64,000 nucleotides of DNA from Klebsormidium nitens (lineage: Eukaryota > Plantae > Klebsormidiophyceae): the NCBI GenBank assembly GCA_000708835.1, contig DF237451.1:3643-67642 (forward strand), in the 5' to 3' direction. The translations under genes and the position numbers were made by a program. The notes under the pieces were generated by a model. It was not told the DNA's origin. It saw only the letters and a program-made list of their open reading frames with translations, and made no database searches. The first letter of the stretch is position 1. Every line of letters begins with the position of its first letter. Positions 1 through 13,100 of this stretch are shown piece after piece.

Positions 1-3000
1 CTTGAAATGTGACAAGCGAGGCCAGAGACTGCCCAGTTTCGGTCCGGCGGTGTATATCATCCCAGGCAACGCGCCCAGCCCCAGTTGTTCGGTGCGGGTG
101 CTCCGTGCGCCGCACCTGCATGGCGAAGGGGAGCAGGAAGTCCTCGAGGCGCGCCACCACCTCCGCGCGGTTGCCCAGCCGCTCGTCGATCACAGCGCGC
201 GCCACGGCCTTCACGATATCCACCGCCGTCTCCAGCTCGCCCGACCCACGCTGTGCGCGGCGGCCGCCCTTGAGGGGGTCGTCCGCCTCGAGCGCGCGGA
301 AGAGCGTCTTCTGCTCCTTGGCCCAGTGGCAGCGCCGGCTGCCCTCCACCTGCGCGACCACGTCGCCCGCAGCGTTGCGCAGGCGGTACGTCACCTCCAG
401 CTTCTCCACCGCCACCTCCGCGGCCTCCACCAGCGGCAGCAGGCACGCGTGGCGCACGTCCGCCGCCTGGAACTCGGGGCCCGCGCCGTGCGCCTGGGAC
501 GAGAGGAAGCCCATGACGGCCAGCATCAGGCTGCGCCCGATGACGGGCTTGATGGCCTCCATGGGCGACGCGGCCTGCCCGCGCGGGATGGGCAGCTTCA
601 CGGTGCGCCCGGACGGCGTGACGATGAGCGTGCTGGCGGTGGTGAAGAAGCCGGCGCCCATCTCGTGGTAGATGGCGAACAGGCTCGGCAGCGCTGGGCC
701 GCTCACCGCGCCGGGCTGCCACGCCACGGGGAGCCCGGGGTGCGCCTCCGAGAACAGCTGGCGGCAGGACGAAGCGAGGAGCGGTCAGTATGATACTCGT
801 AAAGACCCATGCATCCTTGCAGATAACACCGTAGCGTTTCAGTGCTCCTCGAGAGGGCAACGAGGCAGAGTTTGCGGCGCCGTCCCTGTTGCTGACTTGG
901 TCGGGGCGGCGCACCTTCTCAAGGTTGAGGTCGTCGGGGATGAAGGCCTCGACGCCGGGCTTGAGGCGCACGAAGTCGAGCTTGGGCTGCTTGGCGGGCT
1001 TCTTGGGCGACGGCGGCATGCCGTCCTGCCACCCCGACTCGGGCGCACTCTCGTCCGCGTCATCGGACGGCGTGCGCGCCGTCACGGGCACCAGACCCGA
1101 CCGCTTGAAGTCCTCCCACTCTTCCTGCAGTCTGCACCGCAAGCAGGCCGCGGTCAGCGGCAGCGACAAGGGGAAGGGGGGCCCGGTGTGGAGAGGGTAC
1201 AGCAACAGGAATACCCAATTGGCAGCACGTCCCAAGTGCAGTCTTCCCTACAAATCTGCTGTGTAAGAGTTCAGCTTCGCTGACGACATTACTTCTCTTT
1301 CAAGCAGGACAAGAACGTTCCCGCGCCCCGATGCGCCCTCACTTGACGTCGCGGTAGTCGGCTGCCAGCTTGGTCCAGACGCTCTCGGCCAGCTCCAGGT
1401 CGGCGCACAGCCCATCCACACCGCGATCGCGCCCCAGCACCGTCCCGCCCGCACAGGCCGCCAGCCACGCCCGCATGTAGCTGCACGCAACCAAGTCTAA
1501 GGGCTTAAGGCCGCCCTAGCACCAAATATGAACGAAAGCAATCACAGGAACCGGGCAGCTGAGCAAAGTGTTTGCTGCATGTTCGTAAGCCTAAAACTCA
1601 TCCTGAGCGCAGGGTTCACGCAAAAGGAGACAGAAACAAGTTCTCTCACGGCTTCAATTCTGGCAACAATTACAGCAGAGAAAGGAAGGCAGCAGATCAC
1701 TATGCGACTTAGTGCCAGCTCAGCTGCCATTGCCGGTCAGAGCTCCTGCCGCATGCCAATTGCGCTGCGCCATGCCAATTAAGTTGTGGCGCAGCCGCTC
1801 CGCATGTGCGCTCACCAGCTGACGGGGGGAGTGGGCAGGACGCCCATCTTCTCGAAGAAGTCCTGGAAGGGGCGGCGGTACACGTCGCTGAGGCACGCGA
1901 ACTGGCCCGCAAACAGGCGCTCCACGCCCTCCCACACGCACGCCTCTACCGGCCGCCACTGCGCCTCCGCCCGCCCGCCCGCGCCCGCCGGCAGCCACAC
2001 CGGCAGAGGGCCGCCCTCGTCGCCCCTGTCAAAATCGACGAAAGGCTTTCAGTCTAGTACGTGCACGTGGACTGGGGCGAATGTCTTAAAAGACCTGGCC
2101 AACGATGATAAGTGGGCTTCAGAGTTCCATCCACGAAAAAAACGAACAGAAGTATCAATGGCCCGCCGCCTTTGACGCAAAAAAGTGGCTTGAGAAGGGT
2201 CAAGGTCCGGTGTTCGTGATCAAGAGCTATGCCCGGACCCGGGTAAGCCAGCTCGCTCATGCCAGGCGTACCAGTACAGCCAGCCGTTGGGGAGGCGGCA
2301 TACCTGCGGATGGGCGGGGTCCAGCTGTTTGCGGCCAGGTAGCCGTACAGCTTCTGAGCACTCGTCAAGTCGACGGCTGAGGCGGGGCCACGTGCCAAGG
2401 TGCGGATGTGCGCCGCCACGTCGTCAGGAGTCACCTCGACCCGCACCTGGGGCAGCGAGCGGTGACAATGACGTTAGGAGGCAGTTGCAAGGAAGGACTC
2501 GGCTAGACTGGCAAAACTTGCGCGCAAGCAAGCAGCAGAGGCCCCCAGCATTGTACAGAAAACAAGCTGCAACGAGCAGAGGCAACGCCAGTACCGTACC
2601 CATCTCGCGCGGTTTTGGCAACAGGCTGGCGCGCGCTTACCCCGAGCCACTTGAGCGCGTCGATGTCCCCCGGGGTGGCCACACCTTCCACAACAAACGG
2701 CAGCGAGTCGCCCAGCAACCGCACCACTGCATCGCTCCGCATGAACGTCTGCGCACAGACCGCAAAGAGGAGTTACAATTGGTTGCTTCCCGGTTCGAAT
2801 CTCTTCTACCTCGAAAGCTTCCGTTTTGAAAACTCGATCGCATTATGGTGGGGACAGAGAGGAAGCTCAGCACGAACGCGGCGCGCTGTGAATCGAAGCC
2901 AAAACTTGCATGTTCAAAGTTAAGACTGAGCAGCCTTTCTGTCACGGTCAGCTAGCGAGGCCCCTTGTTGCCCCCTGCAGCGCGCATACCTCTGCCGGCC

Positions 3001-6000
3001 TGCGCCCCCCCAGCGAGGTCGGCATCCAGGGCGCCTCCTTGCACAGCGCCGCAAACGTGGAGGGCTTGCCATCGCGGCCGCGTGCCCACGTGGCCTCCCG
3101 GCCGTCCTTGCTTGCCACCAGCACGGCCAGCCACTTGACCAGCGCGCGGGCGGCAGCCACGGGCAGGCCTGCCAACAACACACGGGGTCAGCGGCACGCA
3201 GTGCAGGCACCGAAGTGCTGGCAGCCCTCGAAGCGTTTACTGAAAGTTCCACTTGAAGAGTGCTGGACGCCCACTTGGACTTGAGGCACTGGATTTCGTC
3301 TATAACAAGAGAGCTGTTCCTTCTTTATCTCGCCCGCATGGCATCGACATAAGGCAACCACTGCTTTCCAGTCCTGCGCTTGTCATCTCTTTTTCTGGCC
3401 GTGTTCTCTCTGCGGCCCTCACCCTTGCGCGTGGCCCTGGCCTTGTCGAGGCAGGCGAGGCCCGTGCCGGCGGGGGGCTGGATGTGCGCGAGGTCGACGG
3501 CGGCCAGGTGGGTGCGCAGGAACGCGATGCGCGGGGCGCGCTGCTCCGGGTTGCTGCCCAGGTACGCGGGATGCAGCTTCACACACCGCTCCGCCCACGC
3601 CTTGTCACCGTCCAGCAGCGCGGGCCAGTCCGCCACGTCCCTGCACGGAACAACGGTCAGGGGCCGTGACGCCATGCAACGCAAGAGGATCACAGGACGA
3701 GGCAGCCTCGCTAGATCCAAGGGCTGTCATGCTGTGGCGCCTGACGCCCAAAAGATTTCCAACCCAACTCAAAAGACGACTAATGTGAGATAATCGAGAT
3801 CTGCTAGGGGCCTTTCACAACAGCTCCGTCGTGAACTTCGACAGAAGGAGCGCACGCTTGGCCCCGCCTTTGGGTGTGCTGGCGCGCCGTACCTGGGCAG
3901 CAGGAGCATCTTGCTGCCCACCGCGGCTGCGCCCTTCTCTGCACCAGGCGCCGCCCACCGCAGGAGCACGGCGCCCGTCTCGGCCACCACTGCACACGTG
4001 CACCCACCGACGGAGACTCAGTGGCCAGACCAGAAGGTTTTTGTTCTTTATGTCTGCAAGAGGAGAAGAAATGCGGACGAGATCTTGCCACAAGTGAAAT
4101 GCAGAACGAACTCTCTACAATAACGTATGGTCGGTCCAGGTGGCAGTGGGGTGCGTGTTCTCACACGGCAGGTCCGCAAGAGCGAGGTTGGCGAGGTCCG
4201 TGTCGGCGTGGGCGGCGTGCGCGGCCACGAAGAAGTCGGTGGCGGCCAGCAGCGGCGCCGCGTCGCGCAGGGTCTTGGCCACCTGCAGCACCTGCTCCGC
4301 ATACGAGGCCACCGACAGGTCCTTCACCTGCGCCAGAACAAGGGCGGGCAAACACGGTAAGGCCGGACAGTTGAGGGCCTTGCGCAGCAGGGAGAGGAGC
4401 AGGGCTGCGCGAGCAGCTCAGCAGAGCAGCCGGTTCGAACATGTCTGTTTCAATGTTAATCTGCATACAAGTCGGCCCTCAAATAGAGGAGCATAAAAAA
4501 CGCCTCCAGGCTCGTCGAGAGGAGATTGAACCGGGTCCGAATGCCCTAAGACGCCATTAGGTGAACACAGTACTCCTGTCGCAACAAAGCTTTCGTGGGA
4601 CCATCAGAGTTGAGAGTGCTCGACAATCATGCCCAGCGCACGGAGGCTAACGGAGCGAAAGGAGCATGCCACCCAATTGGCGTCGTGCTGTCGGGGCGGC
4701 CCACCTGGAGGATCTTGCGCAGCCACTCCACGAGCTCCACGGCGCGCGGGGATGCGGAGAGAGCGGCGTAGAAGGAGGGGGCTAACAGCCGCACGGGCGC
4801 CAGCGGCTGCAGGCGGGCCACCTCCTGGAGCAGCCACGCGTCCTGCACACAGCGGGCAGGCAGCAAGGTTAGGGCGGCTCCAACGCCGGCGATGCCTTAA
4901 GACAAGGGGCGCCTTCCCGCTCGAGCGTAGCATCCGGCCGCTGCTGCCCATGTCGCCTCGCTCAGGCTCCTTGTACCACGTGAACGAGGTGACCGCAAAC
5001 GAGAAGCGGCTGCTCCAGCCTGGCCGCCAGGCGGGGCGAGCCAGCAGTATAGTGCGCACCTGGGTGGCCTTGGGCGGCAGGTAGATGGGCTTCTGGAGGG
5101 TGGAGCGGCCGTGGTGCACGGCGCCGGTGGCCGGGTCCACGAAGCGTAGCGCGTCCGCCTTGGCGAGCGGCACCAGGTCGGGCGCGGGGAAGGCGGCGTC
5201 CAGCAGCAGCAGCAGCAGAGCCACGTACGCCTCGTCGCCCAACGACGACAGAAAGCTGCACGAACAGAGGCACGCAGGCACGCTCACAAGCTTGCAGAGC
5301 AGACCGGACATTGTTTTCATCCAAGCAGTCGTTCTGATGCTGATCAAGTGTGCCATGCTTGAGAGGAAGAACGAAGAGGAGCGAGGAAACCCGCAACTCT
5401 TATGTGAAGAGGGAATTGCCAAAGCCAGGGTGAAGCAGGGAAAGTAGCTAATGGACTCGAACAAGCAGCTAGCCCCCTGTGCCCGTGCCGCAGCTCACCC
5501 CGGGTCTGCAAAGATGGCGGTGTACTCCGCAGCCGAGGCCTTCTTGACGCCCAGGGCAGCCAGCTGCGCAGGGAAGCGTGCGGCGGCATCGGGGTGCACC
5601 AGGCCCAGCCGGTCCGCAGCAGGGGGCCCGGTTTGGAGGAGCGCTGCAGGAGACGAGAGCAGGAATGGCATGAGCTTCGCTTCTGATGCCAATACCTGGT
5701 GGGCCCCCAATCAAGGATGGGGCCGTAAGCTCCAGCGGCCGACCTTTCCGGCCTTCTTAACTGTAAGCTTGCGTTGACATGATACAAATGCCTTTTGAAC
5801 CTCTGACGTCTATCTCTGTCTGACGCTTTTCCTGTCCTCCTTCCAACTCCCTGCAGAGCCAGGCTGGTGGCCCACCGGGAAGGGTGGCCCCGCCGCGCAC
5901 TGCAGTGTCGAGCAAAGAGAGGAAGCCGGGGTGGACGATGCGCGCGCGCGCCGGCTCGCAGAAGGTGACGGGGGCTGGCGAGGCGGCAATGGGCGCGAGG

Positions 6001-9000
6001 GGCACGACGGGCTTGGTGGCCAGCTCGGCGACCATTTGCTGGCGCAGCGGCTCCAGCTTGGGCGTCGCGGTGCGCATGGGCAGGAAGCGCAGCACCTCGT
6101 ACGACGGGGCAGCCCCGCCGCCAAACACAGGGAGGGGCGCCGACACGTTCTGCACGCAACGAGAGGGGAATTGACAAGCGGATACGAGAGACTCTGCACG
6201 GATACATCACCGGCGACTACAGCCCTACCTGCATTGGTAAATGAACCGTAATAGTCTCGGACGCGAGTCATGCAAGCGCCCTCAGAGTGGGGTGCCATTG
6301 CCCCATCACAGGCAAGACGCTGTTGGCAGGGACGGGCGCTACAGTTGAGCCAGAACCTGGATTGCTTGCAAAGCTACGAAGCAGAACCACGATGACTTGG
6401 GAGATATGGGCTCTTCTTTCTGTCCAGCTATTACAAACAGCCGTGGAAGCAGGAGTAACGGCCGGCTGGTGCTGCGCACAGCTTGGACGCTGGTGCTCCG
6501 CCGCGTACCTGGATCTCGAGGTAGCCCTCGACAAAGGCCGCGCGGGCGCATCCCAGCAGGCCTTGGTTCCAGGGGGTACCGAACGCGATGCTCTCTCTCG
6601 AAGCGGTCAGCAGGAAGTCAGCGTTGATCAGGAATGGCCACCCGCTGTGCACCTGCACGCACGCACGGGAACCAGCGTAAGAACCGAACCGTGGACACGG
6701 CCTGAGAACAGAGATTGAGATCCGATAAACGCCCTCTGGGGGTGAACAATTCGAGCAATCGCAGCTTCTTCTTCCTCGATGAGTGCAGATATGAAGTCTA
6801 CCGTATGTATACTAAGCAGGACAATTTGAGCTACCTCGCCTCGTGCACAAAACACGAGGGCGCAGCCATCCAGCCGTCAAGCTGGCCGCGTGGCTGACCT
6901 CTGTCGGGAGGAAGGCATAGACGTCGGCGCGGTCAGCGGGGGGGTTGTCGTCGAGCGGGAAGGCGACGGTGACGCGCCAGACGTCGACGCCGACGCGCTT
7001 CTCCTCCTTGACGCCGGGGGGGACCATCCACGCGCCCTCGCGCAGCAGGTACGTCGTGGGGCGGGCGTGCGGCGTCTGCAGCTCAAAGACGGGCAGGGCG
7101 GGGTACGGCGCGCGGTGCTTGGCCACGCCGATGCTGTACGAGGGGGGGGCCGGGCATCGTAAACGTGCAGGCAGAACCAAAGAAAGCAGGGCGCATCCAG
7201 ATACCGACTGCCGCTGTCAGTTCAGACTCCTTTCTGCAGTACCCAATGACAAATACAGCAAAGCGGAGAGCGAGCTCGACATGCCTCCGGTTCAGCTAAT
7301 GGAGACATAACGATGGACACTCGCGCTTTCCTTTCTTCTTTGAAACACCGGATATTCTTAGAAGCTGGGGAACAGATTGTCCAAGTAGCACCGCACTAAT
7401 CGTGTGCCAGGATGCAGTGTGGGTCTTCCGGTAGCATGCAGTGGTCAAAAGGGGGGCGCGTGCGTGCGGTGCGCTCACGTCTTGTTGTGGACCTTGTCGA
7501 GGATGACGAGGCTGCGCAGCTTGCGCAAAAACAGGATCGTCTCGGGCGCCAGCTCCGCGAGCTGCCGCTGCACGTCGGCGGCCTTGGCGGACTTGAGCGG
7601 CAGCAGGATGGCCGTGCGCGTGCCCGCAGGCGCACCCAGCTCCTGCAGCTGCGTCGCTCTCGGATGCTCTGCGGGGAGCCACGTGGGCACGATGTACCCG
7701 AGCTTCGCCGCGGGGTCCACGTCCTCGTCGAAGCTGGCACGCGGAAACACGGGGCAGCGGTCAGCGCGCGTGCACAGGCCGCGACAGAGCAGGCTTCAAC
7801 TGACGGCCATCGCTGGTAGGCAAAAGGAAGCTGTCGTGACGCACTTGGCAGACCTCTCGTAATGTATTAGAAAGTCGAGAAACTAAGCTTGGTATTCCAC
7901 CTAACGAACAAAAATGGTCCGTTCTGTTATCTCAGAACCCAGATAGGCGCTGGGATCAGGAAGGACAAAGATACCTCGTAAGAAACAGGGATGGCATCGA
8001 AAGCAAAGTGGGCACTGGACGTGCCAAACTCCCGGATACTATCCCAGCAGACACTCGAGATGCTGTGTACTTTGGAAGCGAAGTGGGCGATGAGCGATGA
8101 AACATTCTGGAGCACATGAACGATCAAAGCGTTGGGAATGTAACCGGAAAATGAGGTAGGGACGAAGGACAGATAAGGTTGAGGATCTGAGGATGTTAGG
8201 AAAGTAACATGTTCGACAGACTTTTGCTGACTTCAAACCATTGCAGACCACGTGTTGTCGAGGTAGGAAGGGGAACGAAGACGACTACCTATGCTAAATG
8301 ATAGACTCCATCACGCACGCCAAGAGACCGTCTCGAACACAAGAAGAAAAGCCGTTAAAGTCGACTGTGTGCAGCCTGCCTAACCTAGATGCTTTGCCGA
8401 ATGATCGTAAGCTGGGGTCCATAAGGGGCCGCGCTGACGTTCCTTTTGGGGCTCAAGGTTTTGAAACAGTTCTGGCACGCCACTTTACGAAGTTGTGTCT
8501 CACCAGAATCGATAGCCGTTGCTGATGACGCAGGGGGTCTTCGATACCACAAAGACGGACTTGAACCCTGTACCAGGAGAGAGGGCGTCTTCAGAAATCA
8601 ACCACGAGCAGCCATGCACGAGGTTCAACCGGGCGTATGAATTGGACTTTTGAGCCGTTGCAGCGCCTTTGCAAATCGACAGAGTTACTTCGCATACCTC
8701 GTTCTCTAAATTGAGCGAAGCTGTGCATCATATAGGCAAGCTCAGCCAGCGTGAGTCGAGTGCCCTTACCAATGCCCTTTTCCCCAATGTACCCAAAGCT
8801 CTTGTCCTTCTTGGTCGACATCCCTGCAACCCGCAAATGGCAGCCGTTAACACGACTCTTAAGTTATGTAAAAGGTCGGGGCCAGACAACAGGAGGAAGT
8901 GCATCGCATGTGGCAGCCACCGCCTCTGGCAGTCCGGAGGACGCACACGAATTCGCGAGCCAAGAGGACGACCGGCAGACAGCGCCTGCACAAACAGTCT

Positions 9001-10116
9001 GGGCACGTATCCTCATAGCCAAGAATATGCCGTGCACTCGACAAGATTCCTCGGAGGCTTGATATCCGTAGGACCTGCAGCACCACGTCTCGCACGTCTC
9101 AATCACTCAGAAGTCGTAACATGAGCTCGACCTATGTGAACACTGGGATCCTGTTTGAATCTGTTTGGACGCCATCTACGTAGCGGGCACTTTCGACCTG
9201 CCGGCCCAGACCCTGATAGACAAAACGTCCCGGAAGCTTCCACCACTCACCCACGCTGCAGAGCGCGTCCACGTTCTCCTCCCTGAAGCCGACCTCGTTG
9301 TTGAACAGCCCCAGCGTCATGGGCGCCCCTTCTGCCGGGCTGCCCGCCGCTGTGGGGTCACCCGGCGCCAGCGAGAAGAGCAGCTGCGGCTCCTGGCCCT
9401 CGGGGTACGAGTTGTCCTCCGCGTTCTGAATCAGCTCCAGAATGAAGTGCCTGCCAACAACAGCGAGGAATCATCCGACTGTCTCGAAACGAAAGTGCCC
9501 AGTCGGGAAAAGTCTTTGCAAGATGCCCACTTTCTGAGGAGTGAACCATGATTCGCAAGGAAGGCTTCTCTCAGCGGTGCTTTCATCCTTTTTGACAGCT
9601 CAGACGAAAAGAAAACAGAAGCAAGAGCTATCCAGCGCAGCGAACAGGCTGAAGTCCGGCTGCCAATGATTGTCCGTGCTTGCGACCAAGGCCCTGCTTG
9701 CGCTGTGCCGCTTACGTCTCCTTCTGGTATAACCCCTGCGCCAGCAACGCCACCGCCTGGTGCATGTCGCCCGCGAGGGGGTTCGTGGCCAGGTCATCGC
9801 CGCCCAACCCAAACTTGTCCCGCCTGCGCAAAAGTCACAACCATGCCTGTCAGCAGGGACACAGAAAGCACAGTTACCTCCCCGAGGGTCTTGAGACAAG
9901 TATGGGCTGACGATACAGAACAGGCCTTTGATGCATGGTTTCCTGGTTCATCAGGAGATTTGGGCAAGTCCCCTTGCAATTGGGCACCAGCTTGGGCGAT
10001 TCAGTAGACCCGAGCGAGCCGCCCAAGACTCCCAGCGATAGGCACTCTTCATTTCCAGAAAGCACGGAAAGGTTTGCGGGCAGAAGACAATAGCAGTCTG
10101 TCGAAGAAAAGTACAT
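1..10116 (-). CDS. Sacsin/NOV-like protein with N-terminal GHKL (HATPase_c) ATPase; about 20 exons; 3' end runs off the window start; exact ATG uncertain (candidates 9936, 9951, 10116)
   Basis: Manually spliced exons give RRDKFGLGGDDLATNPLAGDMHQAVALLAQGLYQKET | HFILELIQNAEDNSYP...LFNNEVGFREENVDALCSVG (~9251-9452) | MSTKKDKSFGYIGEKGIG (~8770-8823) | FKSVFVVSKTPCVISNGYRF | ...LGYIVPTWL...ILFLRKLRSL | VYAFLPTE | WPFLINADFLLTASRE...WNQGLL. These are the ELIQNAxD, IGEKGIGFKSVF and FxINADF motifs of the sacsin/NOV family, from memory most like the plant At3g48770 type. The last exon seen ends at 116 with a GT donor. Confidence 0.88.
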
Positions 10117-10139
10117 GTTGTAAGCAAGGGAGAACGGCT

Positions 10140-13100
10140 GCTAACGTGGACGAATATCCCATCATATCTGCACCGTGGGTCCCTTGTATACTTTTGAGGT
10201 GACTCTTGACAACAATTTATAATCTGCCTCCAGAACTGGAACCTTCCCCAAGCGGAAAAGGAGGATCTTCAAATGTCATAAGGCCAACAAAAAGAAATAA
10301 TATATTACTGTTCAAAAAAGTGGAGCGGACGTGACTGGATTGTCACCGGTAAGGCATTAAAAGAAGAAAAGGTGTTCTCCAAAACTTCCTGCCAGTCACA
10401 CTTCTGTAGGACAAGGAGTGAAATTGAAAAGCCAAAAAATAGAGGCTGAGCTCGACACCGAGAAAGCAATCTTGAGCGAATCAAAAAACAGATTAGAGCG
10501 AGAAGATTATCAGCGGGATCAGTATTAATGACATATAGAAACTTCCTGAGGTAGGCATGAAGACACGAGGCTTCCAGGAAGGTGACCCAAAGTCAATTAA
10601 TGAAGTAAAACGGTTGCTCTCAACCGTCTCTGCAGTACATGCTATGGTAAAGCTTATGTTTTCTCTGAGACGCCGTGGTTTGCAATTGCCTACTGCGTGG
10701 TTGATTGAATTGAGGAGCCCAGTAAGAACCCCGCAACAGACGGACTTGCTCTGAAGTCGTGGTATTCTTACACAGAACAGGATATTCAGAGTTCCATTCC
10801 GAATTTTTCATTTTCAAATTGAATGCAAAAGAATGGACGGATGAGGGCGCCCTTCAGTGCCTCTCCAAAGTCATTGGGTGTCACCATGGTCGTTAAGGAG
10901 CTACCCAGCTTTGAACACCACCACTCAACAAGCAAAAGTTCTTGAAAAACTCTTGGCCATCAGCAAGCGTACAAGCTGATGATAAACACTATGCAACAGC
11001 AAGAATGAGCCAAAAGTTTCTCAAGAGATCTTTCAAAATTCAGCTCAATCGACAACACGTTCGCCCTGCCACCACCTACAACACAGCGGCACTGCGTCGA
11101 TTGCTTCCTGAGATCGGAAGGTGCAGATGCAAGATAAGAAAGTGCACTGTTCTCAATGCTACAGCAATCTTTAGTAACCGCTTGCTGGACAGTCACTGGA
11201 TCTGAGTGGGTTGACAGAGGAGCAGACATCATAAAGTTGCTGTCAAAAGACCAGGTAAGACGAGGATTGTGGAAAAACACTCATCTGCAAAAACAGAGTT
11301 TGTAGATTGAAAGGAGAGCCTCAGCCAACTTCACTCGGCGTACCTGATACGTTCAATGTGCTGCAGGGCCGTCTTGCTCGCATCAGCATCCATGTCGCCA
11401 GGAAGGACTCGTCCTTCTGGCGGTCTGAAGCAGGGACGCTCACCGCGAGGAATTGCTGCAACCAAGACAGCGTCCTGTTGGGAAGGCAGCGCAAGGAGCA
11501 GCGCAAAGAGCGCAATGCCGCATGGTGAGCTGGTGCAATCGACTTTGTGAAAACTTGAAGGAACTGGAACTTGGAAGGGCAGGTTGCCATGCAGCAAGTG
11601 GTCTCTTCAGTGTAGAATACAGTGCGGCTCAAACTAGTTGACCTCACATTGTAAAACGTGCGGTTCGCGGCCTGGGCGATTTCCGCGAATCAGAACCCTT
11701 ACCGAAGCCCCTCCTCAGGCTTGCTCGACGCACCGTCTATTTTCCCAATCGGACGGACATGGTAAGGCGCTGAAATGCTGCTGACCTCACTACCCGCCAA
11801 AAAGCGCGAAAGTTACATGATGATCACCATGCTGCCGCACCGGTACATTTTATCAGGAAAGATACACGTCTGCAGCATATCGCAGCTTTGGCCTTGGAGC
11901 TCACTCTGGCGCTTTCGGCAATTAGTGTTGGACACTGTGGAAACGGGAAAGAATATTGTGAGGGCTGTCAACGACGACACTAACAGCTTTGGACGACATA
12001 CATCGCCCTGGTATGAAAGTTTGCCGCCTGGACAATGCAGGGGGCTGGGCCTTCTGCTGTTTCGGATGATGAGCTGCTTTCTGCTCCCGTGTTGCCAGAG
12101 GTGCCCCTGAGGCGGCTCGTTGACGACTTCCTGGAGGCCACTGGCAAAAGCAACAAAAAGGCGGCTGCGGATGTGTTCTACTTGTTTGAGGCCTGCTGCA
12201 ATAACTATGGCTGGGATAACAATGATAAGTGGACATACGAGGCCGCACATGCAGTGGGGAAAGATTTTATAGATGTGTCTGGTGCAGATGTCATAGGCAG
12301 CTGCGCTCGAGAATTCTTTGGTTACTTCGTGCCCAGAAAGGTGAGTCTCGATAGAAGTTGGCAATGCCAGGAGAATTGCAAGGAGCGTGCATACATTTCA
12401 AAATAACATCTTTCTCCAGGGGGTCCACACAGCCGTGCAAATCTTATGAGGCATAGCATTGCGCCAGAATGCTGGCAGAGCGAGATGAATTGATGATTTA
12501 GATGGTCGAAGATATGATGCATTCGGCTCTGTGATGAGAGAATGATCACTGTGTTTTGGATAGACCCGTCTGGGGCCTGCTAATATCAGGCAGGAACTGA
12601 GCTGCCCCTGTCCTTTCCAGGTCAATGCAGACCCCCGCTCCCTGAAGAAGATGGCCACGCAGATGGGCAGGTGAGCTGCCCAAGGAAAAGGACCAGCTGC
12701 GACGGTCTTCCGGTTGCTTGATGACGTGAGACCGCAGCAGTGCTAAAATTGCCCCCATTTGTTATTCCAAGGTTCTTTTGTCTTCGTGGGGCTAAGCGCT
12801 TTGCTGATGCGGTCCTGGGCCTATTGTGTGTCTCACCACTTCTGAAGGAGCTGTCTCTGGTCAGTGACCTTTTTGCCGGGATTGATTTGTTGGTAACTTG
12901 TGAAAGAAACTCAATCTGGTCAAACTTGAAGAGTGTTGGTTGCCTTTCCGTGCTTGGTCCTTCTGGCGTTAGGTTCAAAGGTTGTGTTTTTCACCACAGA
13001 GCCTCAGCTAGGTGCTCTAGATTGAGGCTGTCTCTCTGATGTCTAGGTGGTTTAAGTGGCTCCACAAGGGGGGGCATATTGACGAAACAAAGTCCAGAGA

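Noticed and set aside
2-793. Long plus-strand ORFs (2-793, 9-671) and similar antisense ORFs such as 23410-24831, 24416-25369 and 56427-57206
   Set aside because: Shadow frames of GC-rich exons on the opposite strand; no start context, splice logic or recognisable motifs.
5495-5710. ORF-track entry labelled + strand (MGAHQVLASEAK...)
   Set aside because: The plus strand reads TCA at 5495 and CAA at 5708-5710, so this peptide is encoded on the minus strand. It is an exon of the sacsin-like gene, not a separate plus-strand gene.
7860-8300. Lower-GC stretch with short ORFs inside the sacsin-like gene
   Set aside because: The flanking exons join without it, and no TIR, TSD or protein motif was found. 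Treated as ordinary intron.
11080-12210. Apparent zinc-finger motifs (HCVDC, CGNGKEYCEGC, ACCNN) in the pseudogene
   Set aside because: CGY>TGY and CGN>CAN changes generate Cys and His, so these motifs cannot be trusted without an unmutated homologue.
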